DNA of 63,236 bases, the filler included, from Asterionella formosa (lineage: Eukaryota): the NCBI GenBank assembly GCA_002256025.1. It is 12 parts of 11 records of this genome, joined end to end, with 100 filler letters (N's around TTAATTAATTAA, not from the genome) between each part and the next. Parts side by side here need not be neighbours in the genome. Positions count along the whole stretch, not along the records: positions 36,743 to 61,622 come from NKIB01002121.1; positions 61,723 to 63,236 come from NKIB01002122.1; 10 more parts are not named here. One strand, written 5' to 3'. Below, in pieces: positions 61,082-63,236 of this stretch. Every line of letters starts with the position of its first letter. The first letter of the stretch is position 1. Made by a program: the position numbers and the translations under genes. The notes under the pieces were generated by a model. That model had not been told where the DNA came from and made no database searches. It saw only the letters and a program-made list of their open reading frames with translations.

Positions 61082-61702
61082 CGTCGCAAAATAGGACGAC
61101 AAAACGTGAGGGGTAGTCTAGTGCATCAGTATCAGTATACCTTTATTTTCATTTGAGCAACGCAATACCGGTATTTACCGGTCAAATGTGAAAGTCATTT
61201 AAATACTGGAATGAGCGTTCGAATTGAAGCTACATACAAACCAGTACTACCGGTATGTTCAGCCGCCAGAAATTTGGAGACGCTTCCGCAATATACATCT
61301 ACCGGTATGGAGAGTGAATGTTTGTTCTGTATGATTGGAATTTCGTGCAGAATGCACGCCTGCCATCCTATTACCCGGTGCGCTCTTTTTGTATATATTG
61401 CACTACACTATGTACAATAATGCTTCGTTTTGATTTGCACGACCTGTCATGTTTACCGGCTCCTATGTCGGGCCAATGAGCGAGTACAAAGTACTGGTAC
61501 CGCTATCTTACTGGTGTGAAGGAGCAACAAACAAGTACTAGGACACGGACTCCAAGCAGAATTTTCGCAACGGTCATCCATGCTATCATTGTCGCAGTCG
61601 GCTGTACATACCACATGTGCTGNNNNNNNNNNNNNNNNNNNNNNNNNNNNNNNNNNNNNNNNNNNNTTAATTAATTAANNNNNNNNNNNNNNNNNNNNNN
61701 NN

Positions 61703-61935
61703 NNNNNNNNNNNNNNNNNNNNTCAAATGAATTATTTGAAACATCAACTAATTCAGTCTCGCGTTCAAAATTCATTGTGAAAACTTCACATGAAACAGTT
61801 AAAACTTCACATAAAACAGTTAAAAGTAATCTTTTTTACGTGAAGAGTGGCATTAATGCATGTGAAGTACCACATAATTAACACTCATACGTAGACGAAA
61901 TTTCGAAAAGTGGCGTATTTCGCGTCTTAGATGTG
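61703..61935. mobile_element. Right end of a CACTA-like element related to the end at 430-561
   Basis: Ends AATTTCGAAAAGTGGCGTATTTCGCGTCTTAGATGTG and is preceded by two ~21-bp tandem units AAAACTTCACAT(G/A)AAACAGTT. Confidence 0.5.
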
Positions 61936-62929
61936 GTAGTGAATTTTTAACTAAGGCACTCCTTGCTGACATCATATTGTTGCTGCACCACATTGCACCA
62001 CCATAGACCTACTGGGACTTCTTATTCACACCCTGAATCTTAGGTCAAACCGACTCCAAAAAAATGGTCGGGACAAAATGTACACACGAGAACGACTTCT
62101 ACCTCGGGCGGACCACACCCATCCATACCTAATACAGAAAGTACTGATAATGCGTTCCAGGGCAGAGCAGATGACAAAAAATATTGTAACTATAGTATAC
62201 GCACAATATGTTAATTACAACTCACTATCACTTCATTTCAACCTCAACCAAATGATAGAATGTAGATGAAATGAATAGCTAGCTATTAGTGGTGTCAGTA
62301 CTACTTGTTCTGTTGAAATTTGTTGACAACATTAAACAATGGCCTGATTCTTCAGTTGACTGCTTGAACCAAACTTATTCCTTTGTTCATTTCAATAACT
62401 ACTAGTAGCAATTCATTAGCATCAAAATTTCAAAATCAGAGTTTCGATGTTAACATTGTAGTCTTTAGTAGTAGATTTATCCATACTGCTAGCTAGTTTG
62501 AATAATCTTGTTGGCTGCACCACATTGTGAGTTTAGCTTCATGCACTCCTTGCATCGCTCATGAAGCCTCAATGATAGGCTTAGTCTATGGAGCGAATTC
62601 AATCATCTCTTAAATCCATCAAAGAATCATGCTATTTGTGTGAATTTTTAACTACCCGACCTGCTTGTTTCTCAGCTTGCAACAAATGGTGGACCCTCAG
62701 TGACAAATTTGCATGACATAGTGATAGAGAATCCAGAAAGCTTCTTGATTCAATTCACCAATCAATAATGCGCCAGAGTTTAAAAACTTGTTTAAAAACT
62801 TGTAGTTGGTAATTAATGGACGAACACATTCGAAGGCTTTTTTCTAGCAATAAGAACTGGGTGGTAAATCGATGATAGTTGGCAATCAATTGGGCTTGAA
62901 TTGGCAACGAAAGCGAAGAAGGATGACTC

Positions 62930-63236
62930 TACGTCTGTAAATAAAAAATATCATGAAAATATGATCAAGGGTATTGTACGCTAGCTAAGCGGCACAGGAT
63001 TTTCAAATATATGATAGTTTTTCGATCAAAAATATGATCAATGTATCATATAATTATGATGATGCAGTAAACTTTTACTGAGCTTGAAGTATGATGAGAC
63101 TATCATAGTTATAATACCATTGCATCATATAATTAGTTAAACATGGTCATATGATGTGTATACTTTTGTCATACATCTATCTTAGCATGATTGTAATTCT
63201 CATCGATATCACTGTCTAAAATAGGAGGAAATTGAT
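62930..63236 (+). mobile_element. End of a third, more diverged relative of the Plavaka-like element (runs off the window)
   Basis: TACGTCTGTAAATAAAAAATATCATG...GATCAAGGGTATTGTACGCT...GGCACAGGATTTTC aligns to the termini at 6260 and 37627. Confidence 0.75.

Overview
Eukaryotic nuclear DNA from a gappy draft assembly, almost certainly a diatom. The evidence is a plastid-targeted LepA with a bipartite 'VSA-FAP' (ASAFAP-type) presequence, short GT-AG introns, CoDi-type copia fragments and SMSMS/RXL secreted proteins. Contigs are joined by N-runs, many containing an artificial TTAATTAATTAA spacer. Host genes: SKP1, a PPR-like organellar protein, palmitoyl-protein thioesterase (PPT1-like), two tandem paralogous RXL/SMSMS single-pass membrane proteins, plastid LepA/EF4, a rolling-stone-like membrane protein and a partial hypothetical ORF. 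Most of the rest is nested, decayed mobile DNA: two long copies plus a third left end of a multi-gene CACTA/Plavaka-like transposon, two Crypton remnants, a pogo-like transposase split over two probably mis-ordered contigs, four copia fragments and several MITE/foldback families. The most unusual signal is a window-wide scatter of TA-CCGG-TA and TA-CC(A/T)GG-TA motifs, often in chains. They behave as presence/absence insertions between repeat copies and match the CC...GG ends of TA-flanked MITEs, so they look like stacked Tc1/mariner-type excision footprints. All family assignments come from motif recognition by eye, not database searches.
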